This document shows, one piece after another, positions 10,357 through 21,900 of a stretch of 64,000 bases of DNA. The stretch is from a bacterium (GTDB taxonomy: Bacteria; Zhuqueibacterota; Zhuqueibacteria; Residuimicrobiales; Krinioviventaceae): contig OY843751.1 in the NCBI GenBank assembly GCA_963693055.1, forward strand, positions 960,001 through 1,024,000, written 5' to 3'. The first letter of the stretch is position 1. Each line of letters starts with the position of its first letter. The notes beneath the pieces were generated by a model. That model made no database searches, was not told the DNA's origin, and was given only the letters and a program-made list of their open reading frames with translations. The translations under genes and the position numbers were made by a program.

Positions 10357-11133
10357 GTGGATTCTAAAATAGAGAGTATTCAGAAATTTTATGAAACGGA
10401 AAAGGCTCTGGTCACATCACCCTTTATTGAACAATCCGGAAAATTGAACCGTGAACTATTGTCAACAGTTTTTGACAAATTGGGTATCAAAACGGACAAA
10501 AGGGTAATAGCTGATGTTGGCTGCGGTACGGGTTTGTTGGCCAGATATTTTGATGATGCAATGTACTATGTTGGGCTTGATCTTGTTTTTCATCCAACAT
10601 TAAGTGCACTTGCAGATGACACCCATCAGTTTGTTCAGGCAGATGCTCAGATCAATCCTTTGCAGGATGAATCGGTTGATTTTATTGTATGCCTTGATAG
10701 TTTTGAGCACTATCCGCATCAGTTAAAAGCAGCCAAAGAATTCTATCGTGTTCTCAAACCCGAAGGAAGCTTGTTTCTGTCTATACCAACTTATGCTAAT
10801 GTGGCAGGTTTGGTAAAATGGTTTTCTGAAAAATATGGCAGTTATGAGAAAAATACATGGGCTCCTTTTGATTACTGGAAACCCGAAGCATTGGAACATT
10901 TTGTAACCCCAAAGTTGGTTCGTAATGTTTTTCAATCGGCAGGTTTTACAGACTTGAGTATGATAGGATATGACAAAGAAGTCGTGGTAGGCATGTTTCC
11001 ATGGGTTTGGCACCCGAAAATGCCTGGCAAGATTGTTGGCTTGATGCAAAGAGTGTTTAAATTTTTTTCTAAACCCTTGGTCAAGATGATACCACAATCA
11101 AGTTTGCATACATTTTGGAAAATATCTAAATAA
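10357..11133 (+). CDS. Class I SAM-dependent methyltransferase
   Basis: 'DVGCGTG' motif I and 'EFYRVLKPEG'; GTG start behind GGAG. Confidence 0.85.
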   Translation: MDSKIESIQKFYETEKALVTSPFIEQSGKLNRELLSTVFDKLGIKTDKRVIADVGCGTGLLARYFDDAMYYVGLDLVFHPTLSALADDTHQFVQADAQINPLQDESVDFIVCLDSFEHYPHQLKAAKEFYRVLKPEGSLFLSIPTYANVAGLVKWFSEKYGSYEKNTWAPFDYWKPEALEHFVTPKLVRNVFQSAGFTDLSMIGYDKEVVVGMFPWVWHPKMPGKIVGLMQRVFKFFSKPLVKMIPQSSLHTFWKISK

Positions 11134-11153
11134 TATACGTTGGAGTATTGATC

Positions 11154-13235
11154 ATGAAAAAACCATATATCCTCATAATAATGGCATTATTTGTACTGGT
11201 TCATGCATACAATATATTGGCGCAATCCTATGATCGTTTAAACCCACCATATCCGCGTACGGCCATGTTTAACATGGTTGATCCAACCAAATCATTGCAG
11301 GATGGTGTGCGTCACGAGATGCTCAAAGATTATGATATGGTGATGATTTATGGAATGACAGATTTTGGTGGACATATAATGGCACCTATTCTGCGAGCAC
11401 AAAATCCTAATCAGATTTTATTTGCTTCCGGTATTAATGGTGTTAATGATCGTGATCCTGTTGGTTACTTTATGGTGAGAAGTTATCGAGGTGTTTTAAA
11501 AGAAGATATTGTACCTAACCAGGAATATATAACTGTATCTACAACTGCGGATATACATGCAGGGCAAGCTACTGCAGAATATTGCTATGTTTTTATTGGT
11601 GACGATTTGATCAAAGTCAGAAGTGTGGAAAATGATACAACTTTGCGATTGGTAGTTGACAATGAAGAGCGTTTTGTGATTAGTACCAATCACTTTGCAA
11701 ATGATACACTTTTTAGCCCGCTTCGTTCACCAGGTCCTGGTATTTATCCCGATTTTGGACAATACGCGAAAACTGTGGATGGTATTTATGCATGGGATTA
11801 TATTGCTGAAGAAAATTATTATCGTGAAGTAGATTGGGCATCCGGTTTGTATGATGGAATGTACCATGATTTTTTCACCTATACTTTGCATATTGACGGA
11901 TGGCAATTTGATATTGATAGAAACGGTGTTCCTGATGAAGATGAACACTCTAGTGACTGGTATAATGAACAGTGGCGCTATGGTGCCAGAAAATTTGTCG
12001 AACGTGAAAATCAGATAATGGCCGAACTTACCCCAACAATGCCAAACCTTTTGGCATTAAATGCAGGTGGTGTATTGTTTGATCTTTATGATGTCATTAA
12101 TGGGCACCAGTTTGAGGGTTTTCAACGATTTGTAGCATGGGACTGGTTTAAGGATGATGGTATTGCCTGGATGAATAATGGTAAACAACCCTTGATGATG
12201 TCTATCTTTGATTATTTCCCTGAAAAGCATTTTTACAATGGTAAAAACCGTTTTAATAAAGTTCGTTTTGGTTTGACTGCTTCTATGATGTTCGATATGT
12301 ATTATGGCTATACCGGTGGTGATACCTACTGGTTGTTCTATTGGTACGACGAGTTTGAAACCAATATGGGATACCCAACCGGTCCTTACTCTGAACTTTC
12401 TAATGGATTACTGGTCCGTTATTTTGACAATGGTGTTGCTATTTGTAATCCTACCGGTGCAGATCAAACGTTAACTTCCGCTATGCTTACCGGTGGTCCC
12501 TATTATCGTTTAAAAGGTGGACAAGATCCGGTTATGAATAATGGAGAATTGTTTACCGAAGTATCTTTATATGGTTATGATTATGGTATACAAAATTTGC
12601 GTGGTGATGGTATTTTGCTTTTTAAAGAACCTACCACAGCTATTTGTGATATCATTGTAGATAATTTCTTTTTAAACAGTACTTCTCCCGGTTCTGATCC
12701 TGTTGAATTGACCGGTTCATGGACTAAAGCTGTATCTGCCGGGCATGCTGACTTTACTCAAAACAATCCCTATTGGGGAGTAGATGGTACTCGCCGGGTT
12801 CTGGATTTAAGCAGCTATAATTATTACTATGATGAGGGTTACGGATATCACTATTGTTCGGCGGGAAGTGGAGAAAATACAGCTACCTGGAAACCCACAA
12901 TCGGTGTTGAAGGTTGGTATGAAGTTTCAGAATGGCACGGATGGCATGGAGATGCTGCAAACAGTTACCAGGAAGCGACTAATGTTCCGTTCGAAATGGG
13001 TGTTGATACTGAAGTCCGTTTGCGCGGTACAATAGATCAGCAGAGCAATATAGGGCAATGGAACCGCTTGGGTTATCTGTATTTGCCTGCTGGAAAACTG
13101 GGATATGTAAAGATCACAAACGAAGCGAATGGATATGTTATTGTTGACGCCATGAAGTTTACCTATATGGGAGATTCATCCTTTACCCCGGATTCAACTC
13201 CACCCGCTAAACCTACGAATGTTCAAGTATATTAA
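11154..13235 (+). CDS. Secreted putative glycoside-hydrolase-like protein with a C-terminal golvesin/xanthan-lyase-type beta-sandwich
   Basis: Signal peptide (..ILA|Q); 'YDGMYHD', 'NGHQFEGF' and 'WYDEFETNMGYPTG' resemble hypothetical GH barrels; 'ATWKPTIGVEGWYEVSEW...IVDAMKF' resembles a golvesin-like domain. ATG at 11154 fits GGAG spacing. Confidence 0.55.
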   Translation: MKKPYILIIMALFVLVHAYNILAQSYDRLNPPYPRTAMFNMVDPTKSLQDGVRHEMLKDYDMVMIYGMTDFGGHIMAPILRAQNPNQILFASGINGVNDRDPVGYFMVRSYRGVLKEDIVPNQEYITVSTTADIHAGQATAEYCYVFIGDDLIKVRSVENDTTLRLVVDNEERFVISTNHFANDTLFSPLRSPGPGIYPDFGQYAKTVDGIYAWDYIAEENYYREVDWASGLYDGMYHDFFTYTLHIDGWQFDIDRNGVPDEDEHSSDWYNEQWRYGARKFVERENQIMAELTPTMPNLLALNAGGVLFDLYDVINGHQFEGFQRFVAWDWFKDDGIAWMNNGKQPLMMSIFDYFPEKHFYNGKNRFNKVRFGLTASMMFDMYYGYTGGDTYWLFYWYDEFETNMGYPTGPYSELSNGLLVRYFDNGVAICNPTGADQTLTSAMLTGGPYYRLKGGQDPVMNNGELFTEVSLYGYDYGIQNLRGDGILLFKEPTTAICDIIVDNFFLNSTSPGSDPVELTGSWTKAVSAGHADFTQNNPYWGVDGTRRVLDLSSYNYYYDEGYGYHYCSAGSGENTATWKPTIGVEGWYEVSEWHGWHGDAANSYQEATNVPFEMGVDTEVRLRGTIDQQSNIGQWNRLGYLYLPAGKLGYVKITNEANGYVIVDAMKFTYMGDSSFTPDSTPPAKPTNVQVY

Positions 13236-13257
13236 GATTGAATATATATATTTCAAG

Positions 13258-13292
13258 GCCCTGTTGTTACATCAGCAGGGCTTTTTTTTTAT
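13258..13292 (+). terminator. Rho-independent terminator
   Basis: GCCCTGTTG-ttacat-CAGCAGGGC hairpin followed by a long T run. Confidence 0.85.
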
Positions 13293-13485
13293 TATCTAAA
13301 ATACTTGTAATTAATAGAAAAAAAGATTAATTTAAGTGTCTATCTAAAGGCTTTAAGAGATATCTTAAAGTGTTACTTTAGGACGTGTCAGGTATAGGTG
13401 TTATAAAATAAAAAATTTTTCGGCAATATTGAAAACAAACCCTATTGTCAATATATTGTAATAGGTTGTTTGAAGGTTTGTCAGG

Positions 13486-14679
13486 ATGAAGACTTTGTAT
13501 ATCGTCTATTTTAATTACATGCAGGATTTGTACGGAAGCTCTATCGGTTCGACGATAAAAGCAGAACGGCTGTTTGAGAACCTGCAACAAATGGGGCATA
13601 CAGTCTCTGCCTATTGGCGTTATGCAGATGAAGAACTTGACCCGCATGTGCAACCAAGACGGGTGCAAAAAAATAGTATAAAACCTTTTTTACGGAAACT
13701 GTTTTTTACGCCCAAAGAGATTTTGAAAAATCTGGTCGAGCTTTTTCGAGAATGGAAGTTCCTTCATAAGCATCATCCTGATGTGGTCATTATAAGGTGC
13801 GACGCATATCGATATTCTGCTGCGTTGCTCTGCAAGCTGCTGAATATGCCACTCATTGTAGAAGCTGATGGCGCCAATTCTTATGAATGGCTGACTTTTA
13901 ACAATAAAGATGGTAATATCTGGAGGAGCTGGCTTTTGGGTATTGAAAAATATAATTTTAAAATTGCCAAACATATATTTGTTCAATCCAATATCGCCAA
14001 AGATTATTATGCGTCGGTTTTTCCGGATCAGCAGGATAAGATCTCTGTTATTACAAATGGTGCAGATCTTCGGTCTGTTGACAATGTTGGCATGAAGCAA
14101 AAACTTGAAATCCCTATAGATGCGGTTGTATGCGGATTTGTGGGGTCGATGCACTATTGGCACAACACTGGATTGCTGTTTGGTTTGTTAAACACGCTTA
14201 TGCCCAAACATACCAAACTTTATTTTGTAATGGTTGGCGGTGGCGGACCTATGGCGGATGCATTTAAGCAACAATGTGCTGGCTATGATTGGAGTAATAG
14301 AATTATTTTTACGGGCAAAGTTCCGTACGAGACAACACATGAATATATGAATATTATGGATATAACACTTGCGCCTTATGCAAAAAGTGATATGTTTTAT
14401 TATTCACCCGTCAAAGTGTTTGAATATATGGCACAGGGTAGAGCTGTAGTAACTACAGCAGTAGGACAAATAGAGGAACTGGTTCAGGATGGTGTGAATG
14501 GTCTTTTTTTTGATCCTGATTTGGAAAATGATCTGTCTGATAAAGTGGATCAATTATTGTCCGAACCTGAATTGCGTAAAACTTTGGGTGATAATGCCAG
14601 AGCGTGTATTGCGCGTGAACATACATGGAAACATAAAGCAGAACAGCTTCAGCAGTTATGTTTGGATGCTGTAAATTAA
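13486..14679 (+). CDS. GT4 glycosyltransferase
   Basis: 'ITNGAD', 'GFVGSM..WH' and 'SPVKVFEYMAQG' motifs. Confidence 0.9.
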   Translation: MKTLYIVYFNYMQDLYGSSIGSTIKAERLFENLQQMGHTVSAYWRYADEELDPHVQPRRVQKNSIKPFLRKLFFTPKEILKNLVELFREWKFLHKHHPDVVIIRCDAYRYSAALLCKLLNMPLIVEADGANSYEWLTFNNKDGNIWRSWLLGIEKYNFKIAKHIFVQSNIAKDYYASVFPDQQDKISVITNGADLRSVDNVGMKQKLEIPIDAVVCGFVGSMHYWHNTGLLFGLLNTLMPKHTKLYFVMVGGGGPMADAFKQQCAGYDWSNRIIFTGKVPYETTHEYMNIMDITLAPYAKSDMFYYSPVKVFEYMAQGRAVVTTAVGQIEELVQDGVNGLFFDPDLENDLSDKVDQLLSEPELRKTLGDNARACIAREHTWKHKAEQLQQLCLDAVN

Positions 14680-14683
14680 GACT

Positions 14684-16291
14684 ATGAAAACTGATTATTT
14701 TAAAATTGCTATTGTATTGGGAACCTTGCTTGTACTTTACCTGCATTTATGGGGTATTGACAAACTTGTTCTGGGCAGTGATGAATTGCACCCAGCAAGG
14801 GCGTTAATCAGTGATGACTGGAGTCTGACGGTGCATCCATGGCCTGCAGATGCTGTTCGAGAGTATTATGACAACTGGCCCATACAGTTTCCTCCATTGT
14901 TTGGATTAATGGTACGTGCTGCTGTTGTATTGTTGGGTGTAACCCATGTGGCTTTGCGTATTGTACCTGCTATTTTTTCATTGTTAGCAATTGGTGCTAT
15001 TTTTTTACTATTTAAGCAGTTTCTAAAAAATGGCTATGTATTTGGATTCACACTTTTGCTTGCAATGCTATCTGACAAGATGCTCATCTATGCCAAATCC
15101 CTCAAACATTATACATTGGATATCTTTTTTGCCACATTGATTCTTGCATTTGGCAAGATGTTGGGTGATCGGTTTGAAGATAAAACATGGATTGGGTTTA
15201 CTATCATTTCCGCTATCAGCATATGGTTTGCTTTTGCATCCATTTATGCTGTAGCCGCAGTGTATTTATTTTTGTTTGTACGGTTTGTCTTTTTAAAACA
15301 GCATCGAAATAGTGGCTTTTGGTACAAGATCATTCTATCCGGTTTGGTGTTTACCGCATCTTTTGCGGGACTGTATGTAACCAGTATTTCCAATGCTGTA
15401 TCTAATCCGGTTTTTCTTAAAGAATGGCTGGTACAGATTTTTCAGTGGGACCGTGCTACCGATTTGGGGTACCTGGTAAAATATTTTGGGCATGTTGGAA
15501 AGCATGTTTTGATTCTTCCTGCATATTTCTTTTTTGATTCTCTGCTGGTTGCATTGATTGGTGATATTTTAATCGCGGTTTGGATTTGGGACCGCTTTAA
15601 ACAGAAGCAATGGGATACTGTGCTATTGCTGGTAACACCGTTGTTGTTGGTTATATTGGCCTCTCTGGCGGGTAAGTACCCGTTTTCGGCAGGGCGATTG
15701 ACTTTGTTTTTAATGCCGGCCTGGTCGGTTATGATACTATTGGGAGCCCAAATTGTCTATAATCGTTTAAAAGATAAACAAATCTGGCTGTCACGAATTG
15801 CAATTGTTGCTGTAACAGCCCTTGTAATATCGGGTATTTGGCTTAATATTAACAATGTATCTAATTTAAATTATTCTGGCGGCAGACATGTTGACCAGTT
15901 GATGTATGCATTGAAAGCAAATGCGCAAGATGGCGACACGGTTTACGTCCATTGGGGCGCTATAATGCCGTTTTATTTTTATTTTACGGACCATCAGCCG
16001 GGTTATCAAAACGAATACCCCATACGTTCAGCGAACGAAAAAATACATGTGATCTGGGGTGAAGAGCATACACTGCATCCTGAAAATAATGAGCCTTTGT
16101 TTGAGCGTATTGAGCAGGTACCCGGTAGATTATGGATTGCCTTTGGCCATTTATGGCCCACCCGGGATATGAAATTGTTAGAATCTCGTTTGAATGAAAA
16201 ACGAACATTATTAGAAGAACAGACTTTTAAAGGCTGTAAATTATTATTGTATGATAAATTACCGTCTGATAAAGCTGAGAATAGAAATTAA
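14684..16291 (+). CDS. GT-C fold membrane glycosyltransferase
   Basis: 'LGSDE' after TM1, 'PPLF', 'ALRIVP', 'YAKSLKHY..D' and 'YPFSAGRL'; multi-TM with a C-terminal periplasmic domain. Confidence 0.8.
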   Translation: MKTDYFKIAIVLGTLLVLYLHLWGIDKLVLGSDELHPARALISDDWSLTVHPWPADAVREYYDNWPIQFPPLFGLMVRAAVVLLGVTHVALRIVPAIFSLLAIGAIFLLFKQFLKNGYVFGFTLLLAMLSDKMLIYAKSLKHYTLDIFFATLILAFGKMLGDRFEDKTWIGFTIISAISIWFAFASIYAVAAVYLFLFVRFVFLKQHRNSGFWYKIILSGLVFTASFAGLYVTSISNAVSNPVFLKEWLVQIFQWDRATDLGYLVKYFGHVGKHVLILPAYFFFDSLLVALIGDILIAVWIWDRFKQKQWDTVLLLVTPLLLVILASLAGKYPFSAGRLTLFLMPAWSVMILLGAQIVYNRLKDKQIWLSRIAIVAVTALVISGIWLNINNVSNLNYSGGRHVDQLMYALKANAQDGDTVYVHWGAIMPFYFYFTDHQPGYQNEYPIRSANEKIHVIWGEEHTLHPENNEPLFERIEQVPGRLWIAFGHLWPTRDMKLLESRLNEKRTLLEEQTFKGCKLLLYDKLPSDKAENRN

Positions 16292-16297
16292 GGACAG

Positions 16298-17437
16298 ATG
16301 CCGTTTATGAATAGTAAACGAAAAATCAATGTTCTTCAACTTGTTGAAGGTCTGGGAAACGCCGGTGCTGAAAAGAAACTATGGGAACTGGTGCACCGTA
16401 TGGATAAAGACCGTTTTAACACACTGGTTTGTGATCTGGGTGTTGGACCGGTACAGCAGCCTGAACAATTGGAAAAACTGGGCCTAAGACATGTAACCCT
16501 GAAAAGAAGAACCCAGTTTGATTTTTCACTGATCTGGCGTTTGCGTAAACTGATCCGTGAGGAAAAGATTGATGTTATTATGACCACATTATTCTATGCC
16601 GATTTTATGGGAGCACTTGTGGGCAAGTGGGCAGGAGCAAAGGCCGTGTTCTCATGGGAGACCATATCTTCACCTTACTGGCTGGTTCCCAGACGATGGT
16701 ATCCATATCGTGCAGCAATTAAACGTGCCGACATGGTAATATCTGTATCTCAGGCGACTGCTAAATGGCTGATTGAAGACCGGAAAGTTTCAACACGGCA
16801 AGTCATGGTAATTCCTTATGGCGTTGATCTGGACAAATTTAAGCGTGTGCCTGATCCTGAGCTTAAAAAAGAATTGGGTATACCGGAAGATGTACCTATT
16901 GTAGGTATGGTGGCCCGCTTGCAGGAGCAAAAAGGTCATATCTATTTGTTTAAAGCCGCGAAAAAGATTTTAAAAGAGGTACCCAATACCCATTTTGTAT
17001 TGGCAGGTGGCGGCCCGGATGCTGAAAAGCTGCAACAACAGGTTAAGGATATGGGGCTGGATGACCATTTCCATTTTCTGGGGTACCGAACCGATGTATA
17101 CAGAATTTTACGTATTTTTGACGTGTTTACGCTGCCTTCATTATTCGAAGGCTTGCCCAATGTTGTGCTGGAAGCAATGTCCAGCGGATTACCGGTGGTA
17201 GCCACACCGGCAGATGGTACCAAGGAAGCGGTTGTGCCGGGTGAAACGGGTATACTGGTCCCTAAAAAGGAACCGGAACCCCTTGCAGATGCATTATTGG
17301 ATATGTTGAAAAATCCTGATAAAGCCAGATCTTTGGGCGATAGGGGACGTAAAAGAGTAGAAGAAGAATTTTCTTTACAAATGCAGGTCAATCGATTTCA
17401 GGACCTGTATGAAGAATGGACATACAAGAATCAGTGA
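16298..17437 (+). CDS. GT4 glycosyltransferase
   Basis: 'GAEK', 'VARLQEQKGH' and 'EGLPNVVLEAMSSG' motifs. Confidence 0.92.
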   Translation: MPFMNSKRKINVLQLVEGLGNAGAEKKLWELVHRMDKDRFNTLVCDLGVGPVQQPEQLEKLGLRHVTLKRRTQFDFSLIWRLRKLIREEKIDVIMTTLFYADFMGALVGKWAGAKAVFSWETISSPYWLVPRRWYPYRAAIKRADMVISVSQATAKWLIEDRKVSTRQVMVIPYGVDLDKFKRVPDPELKKELGIPEDVPIVGMVARLQEQKGHIYLFKAAKKILKEVPNTHFVLAGGGPDAEKLQQQVKDMGLDDHFHFLGYRTDVYRILRIFDVFTLPSLFEGLPNVVLEAMSSGLPVVATPADGTKEAVVPGETGILVPKKEPEPLADALLDMLKNPDKARSLGDRGRKRVEEEFSLQMQVNRFQDLYEEWTYKNQ

Positions 17438-18714
17438 GTAACAGGAGCGGTTTGTTGAAAGTATTAATGATACACAAGTTTCACTATATTGAGGGCGGTG
17501 CGGAACGTTATGTTTTTAATCTGAGCGAGTTGTTGGAGAAAAAGGGGAATACGGTTATCCCTTTTTCAATGCATCATCCTAAAAATATAGAATCTCCTTA
17601 TGCTGATCATTTTGTATCTTATTTTAATCCGGACCAGTTGCGTAACAGTGAATCTTTGATGCAGACATTCAAAGTTGCAGGACGTGTGGTTTATAACAAA
17701 GAAGCACAAAACAAACTGGCAGAATTGATTAAAGAATCAAAACCGGATATTGCACATATACACAGTATATATCATCATATATCTCCATCTATATTTAAAA
17801 CATTAAAAGAATTTAATATACCTGTTATTCTTACTTTGCATGATTTTAAACTGGTTTGTCCCAATATCGTATTTCTGGATGGAAAAGATCGGGTTTGTGA
17901 AAAATGTCAGGGAAAATATTTCTGGAATGCTACATTCAAGAAATGTTTTAGAAAATCTTATGGTGCAAGTCTGCTGGCGACTGTGGAAGCTACCGTACAT
18001 TATCTGTTAAAGTCTTATCGTGGTAATGTAGACATGTTTCATTCACCCAGTGCTTTTCTGGCAGAGAGAATATCAAAATACGGTTATGGGCACAAACCGG
18101 TCAAGGTTTTACCCTATACTCTGGATGTTGAAGCGTTTGAACCCAAACATGATCCCTCTGATTATTTTGTCTATGCCGGCAGAATGTCTGTTGAAAAGGG
18201 TGTTTTGTTTTTGGTAGATGCAATGCGCCAGGTAAAAGGAAAACAACTGTACCTGATTGGTACAGGTCCTTTGGACGAAGAAATTCGTACCCGGATACAG
18301 AAATATGGATTGGATAATGTTAAGCAATTGGGTTACAAATCCGGAAAAGAACTGCAAGAGATTATTTCCGGAGCGGCATTTACGGTAATGCCTTCATTAT
18401 GTCATGACAATTCACCACTGGCAATCTATGAATCCTTGTCTCTTGGCAATGCAATTTTGGGTTCTGACAATGGTGGAATACCGGAATTAATTAATGATGG
18501 AATAGATGGTTATATTTTTAAAGCGGGCGATGTGAATGATTTTGCGGCCAAAGCGGAAAAGTTGATTAATGATCCTCAGGCTGCAATTGACATGGGGAAA
18601 CGGGGTCGGGAAAAAGCCCTGCAAATGTTCTCACCTGATGAACACTATGAACAGATAAAAGCACTATACGAACAAACCATAACGTTAAAAAAGAAAGGTG
18701 CTGCCGGTAAATAA
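17416..18714 (+). CDS. GT4 glycosyltransferase
   Basis: 'GGAERY', 'TLHDFKLVCP', 'GRMSVEKG' and 'DNSPLAIYES' motifs; exact start uncertain. Confidence 0.9.
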   Translation: MDIQESVSNRSGLLKVLMIHKFHYIEGGAERYVFNLSELLEKKGNTVIPFSMHHPKNIESPYADHFVSYFNPDQLRNSESLMQTFKVAGRVVYNKEAQNKLAELIKESKPDIAHIHSIYHHISPSIFKTLKEFNIPVILTLHDFKLVCPNIVFLDGKDRVCEKCQGKYFWNATFKKCFRKSYGASLLATVEATVHYLLKSYRGNVDMFHSPSAFLAERISKYGYGHKPVKVLPYTLDVEAFEPKHDPSDYFVYAGRMSVEKGVLFLVDAMRQVKGKQLYLIGTGPLDEEIRTRIQKYGLDNVKQLGYKSGKELQEIISGAAFTVMPSLCHDNSPLAIYESLSLGNAILGSDNGGIPELINDGIDGYIFKAGDVNDFAAKAEKLINDPQAAIDMGKRGREKALQMFSPDEHYEQIKALYEQTITLKKKGAAGK

Positions 18715-18759
18715 ATTCCGGGATCATTTTGTAAATATACTGATACACTCTTGTTTTCA

Positions 18760-18775
18760 TGGCACTGTCTTTGCA
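18760..18775 (+). promoter_or_regulatory. Sigma54 (-24/-12) promoter upstream of the giant surface protein gene
   Basis: TGGCACTGTCTTTGCA is an exact match to TGGCAC-N5-TTGCA, ~150 bp upstream of ATG 18929. Confidence 0.7.
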
Positions 18776-18928
18776 TTTTTTACTGGAGGATTTGTTAAAA
18801 GTGTATATAAAACAAATACTTATGGTTTATTTTAAATTTCAAAATTGTATCAGCATGATTTGATTTGTTGAAACTGTTTTGTTTTGAAACATTAAGTGTT
18901 GATAAATTGATCTGGAGGTAATACTACC

Positions 18929-21900
18929 ATGTTGAAAAAAACGACAACCCTCACTTTTCAGATTGCTATTGCGGTCCTCCTGAGTCTTACCGCATTTGCA
19001 TTTGCGCAAACCAGTACAGATGACTTTGACCGTCCTGATGGCGCTCTGGGTGCTAACTGGACCTCTGATACCGATCTGGTAATTGCAAGCGGAAAATTGC
19101 ATAACCAAAGTGCAGGTTCTGACTGGTTACTTGCTATATATGATGGCAATGGAACCGTCACTAATCCTGATGAGGTCACAATTAATTGGGCTACTACCGG
19201 TGACGGAGTACAATGGGGTGGCGCAGCATTTGTGAATACCAATGCATCCGTTGGGGCTGCAAACGGTTACCTGGTCCAATATCGGCTCAGCTCTCCTAAC
19301 AAAATCCGTTTATGGAAAATTACTTCCGGCGCATTGGATGTAGGTGCAGGTATTGTTGATGAAGTAACCGCATCCGGTTCTGCTCCCACTGCTGATGCTC
19401 CTTTGAAAGTGAATCTTGACCCTGCAACCTACACATTACAGGTTTATGTGGATGATGTGATTGCCGGATCAGTTCAAGATGCAGGTGCTTCATATGATCT
19501 GACCAATCGTTTTGGTGCTGTGGTACTGGCAAGTGGTTCAAGCCTGAATAATGATGTTGAAGATTTTACCGTTGGCATTGAAACTCCGGACAATATTGCA
19601 CCCAATGCAGTGTCTGATTTGAGTGCAACAGCTACCGGAGCTTCTACAGTATTGCTGGAATGGACAGCAAGCGGAGATGACGGAGCTACCGGGCAGGCTT
19701 CACAATATGATATTCGTTATTCAACAAGTCCTATTGCCACCAATACAGACTTTTCAAATGCACAACAAGTAAACGGAGAACCTACACCTCAGATAACCGG
19801 CTCTGACGAGTCTTTTGTTGTGAATGGATTGAATGCCAGCACCACTTATTATTTTTGTCTAAAGGTTGGTGATGATAATGGCAACTTTTCTGCTATTTCG
19901 AATTCAACCTATGCCGCTACAGAAGAAAGTGGCGGGACAGGCAGCGAAGGTGGATTACTAACAGTCACAGATGATTTTGAACGTGCTGATTTGGGTACCA
20001 GTTGGGCTGCAACAGCCAAACACCAAATCAAAAATGGTACGTTAGATGTTATTGATGGTACATCAACAGACTGGAATAACCTTGCCGTATATAAAGGTAA
20101 CCGTTCAGTGAGTCCTGCGGGTGTTTCAATTTGGCTGGATGATACGGAATGTAGTGCTAGTGGTGCGCTGGCTGTAGGTACAGCTATTTTGCTGGATTCC
20201 CCTTCAAGTAGTGCCAGTGGTTATTTTATTTTACGACGTACCAGCAGTCTTGAATTGTGGGATTTAAGCAATGGTGTTGTTGGAGCAGGTGGACGTTTGG
20301 CACGTGATTCCAATCCAGACCAACCTGATCCTACTCCTGGAGATAGAATTAAGGTCATGGTAACCGGTGATGACGATACCGGTACTATTACTATAGATGT
20401 ATATGTAAATGATTATATGGACGGACAGTTTATATTAAATGGTACCGAACCCTCTACCTGGTATGCAGGTGTTTTTCAACATGGTTCTTATGCAAATAAT
20501 ATAGATGCTTTTACTATATATTCTGATGGCAGCAGTGCTGAAATGATCAGTGAATATTATGGAAATGGCCAGGCTGGTCCTATTCAGGCAACTTTGAGTG
20601 ATTCCATTGCCGTTCAGGTTACCGATGGTTTGGGTAATCCTGCAGCGGGCACTGTTGTTAATTTTGATATTGTAAATGGTGATGCTACACTGAGTATTGA
20701 TAGTTATGATTACGGCGGTTTGATCTGGAAAGAAGTTGAAGATGGTGCTATTCTTTCTCCTGCTGTTACTCAGGCAGATGCAAACGCCTCAAATGGTACT
20801 TTTGTATTAACTCCTAATGATATACAATACTCCCGACAGGGTGGTTCGGTTATGAACCTGTATGTTCCTGAAGCGGGTAATTTTAATGTATGGTTACGTG
20901 TAATTGCTCCTTCGTCCACCTCAAATAGTTTGTTTTTGCGGGTTAATGATGGCGATACAACAGAAGTGAAATGGGGTAACACCTGGACTTCCTGGCGTTG
21001 GGAGATGCTTAAAAATATTAGTCTGGCAAAAGGATTTAACCAGGTCAGTATTTTAACACGTGAAGAAGGTACACAATTTGACAAGATTGTGCTTGCTGAA
21101 ACCACCAAGCAGCCCGGTTACACACCTACGGGAACGGGCGGTTCAGGATCAACTTTGCCAAACGTTACGGATGTGAATGGTATTGCATATACATTTGTAA
21201 CCTTTTTAACCAATGCTGACGATGATGTTGTAATTGAAGCTTCTGCTTTTAAAGATGATGGCTCAACTGCATTAACCGGCTCTCCGGTAACATTTACTCT
21301 TGATCCTATATCAGGTTCCGCTGTTTCTATTGTCAGAGACCCCGCGCAGCCGGATACTCTTTTGGGTGAACCCATTCAGCAAATGACAACGCCATTGCGT
21401 GCCTATGTACGAGATTCTTTTGGCAATGGTGTTAGCGGTGTTTCTGTAAGTTGGGCGATTACAGAAGGAACCGGTACTTTATCTTCATCTCAAAATACAA
21501 CGGGTAATACTGGTACTTCTGAGACCTATTTAACGTTGTCAGCACAAAATACACCTTATACTATACAGGCAACAGCTGCAGGTCTTTCCGGATCTCCGGT
21601 CAGTTTTTATGTAAAACCGGGTGATCCCCCAACGGAAATACAGCAAACCAATCCTACAACACAGGTAGCTGGTGATGCTGGTGTTGAATTGACAGAAATT
21701 TTAACAGTTCGCGTAATTACCGAAGATGGTACGCCATTTCCGGGTTTTCCGGTAAATTATGTAGTAACCGAAGGTGATGGAGCACTGAGTTCTGAACTTG
21801 GCTCTGAAAACGCTACTGAAATACAGATCCTTTCTGATGAAAACGGTTATGCCCGCGCGCGTTGGGTATTGGGAGATGAACCCGGTCTCAATCGTGTTGA

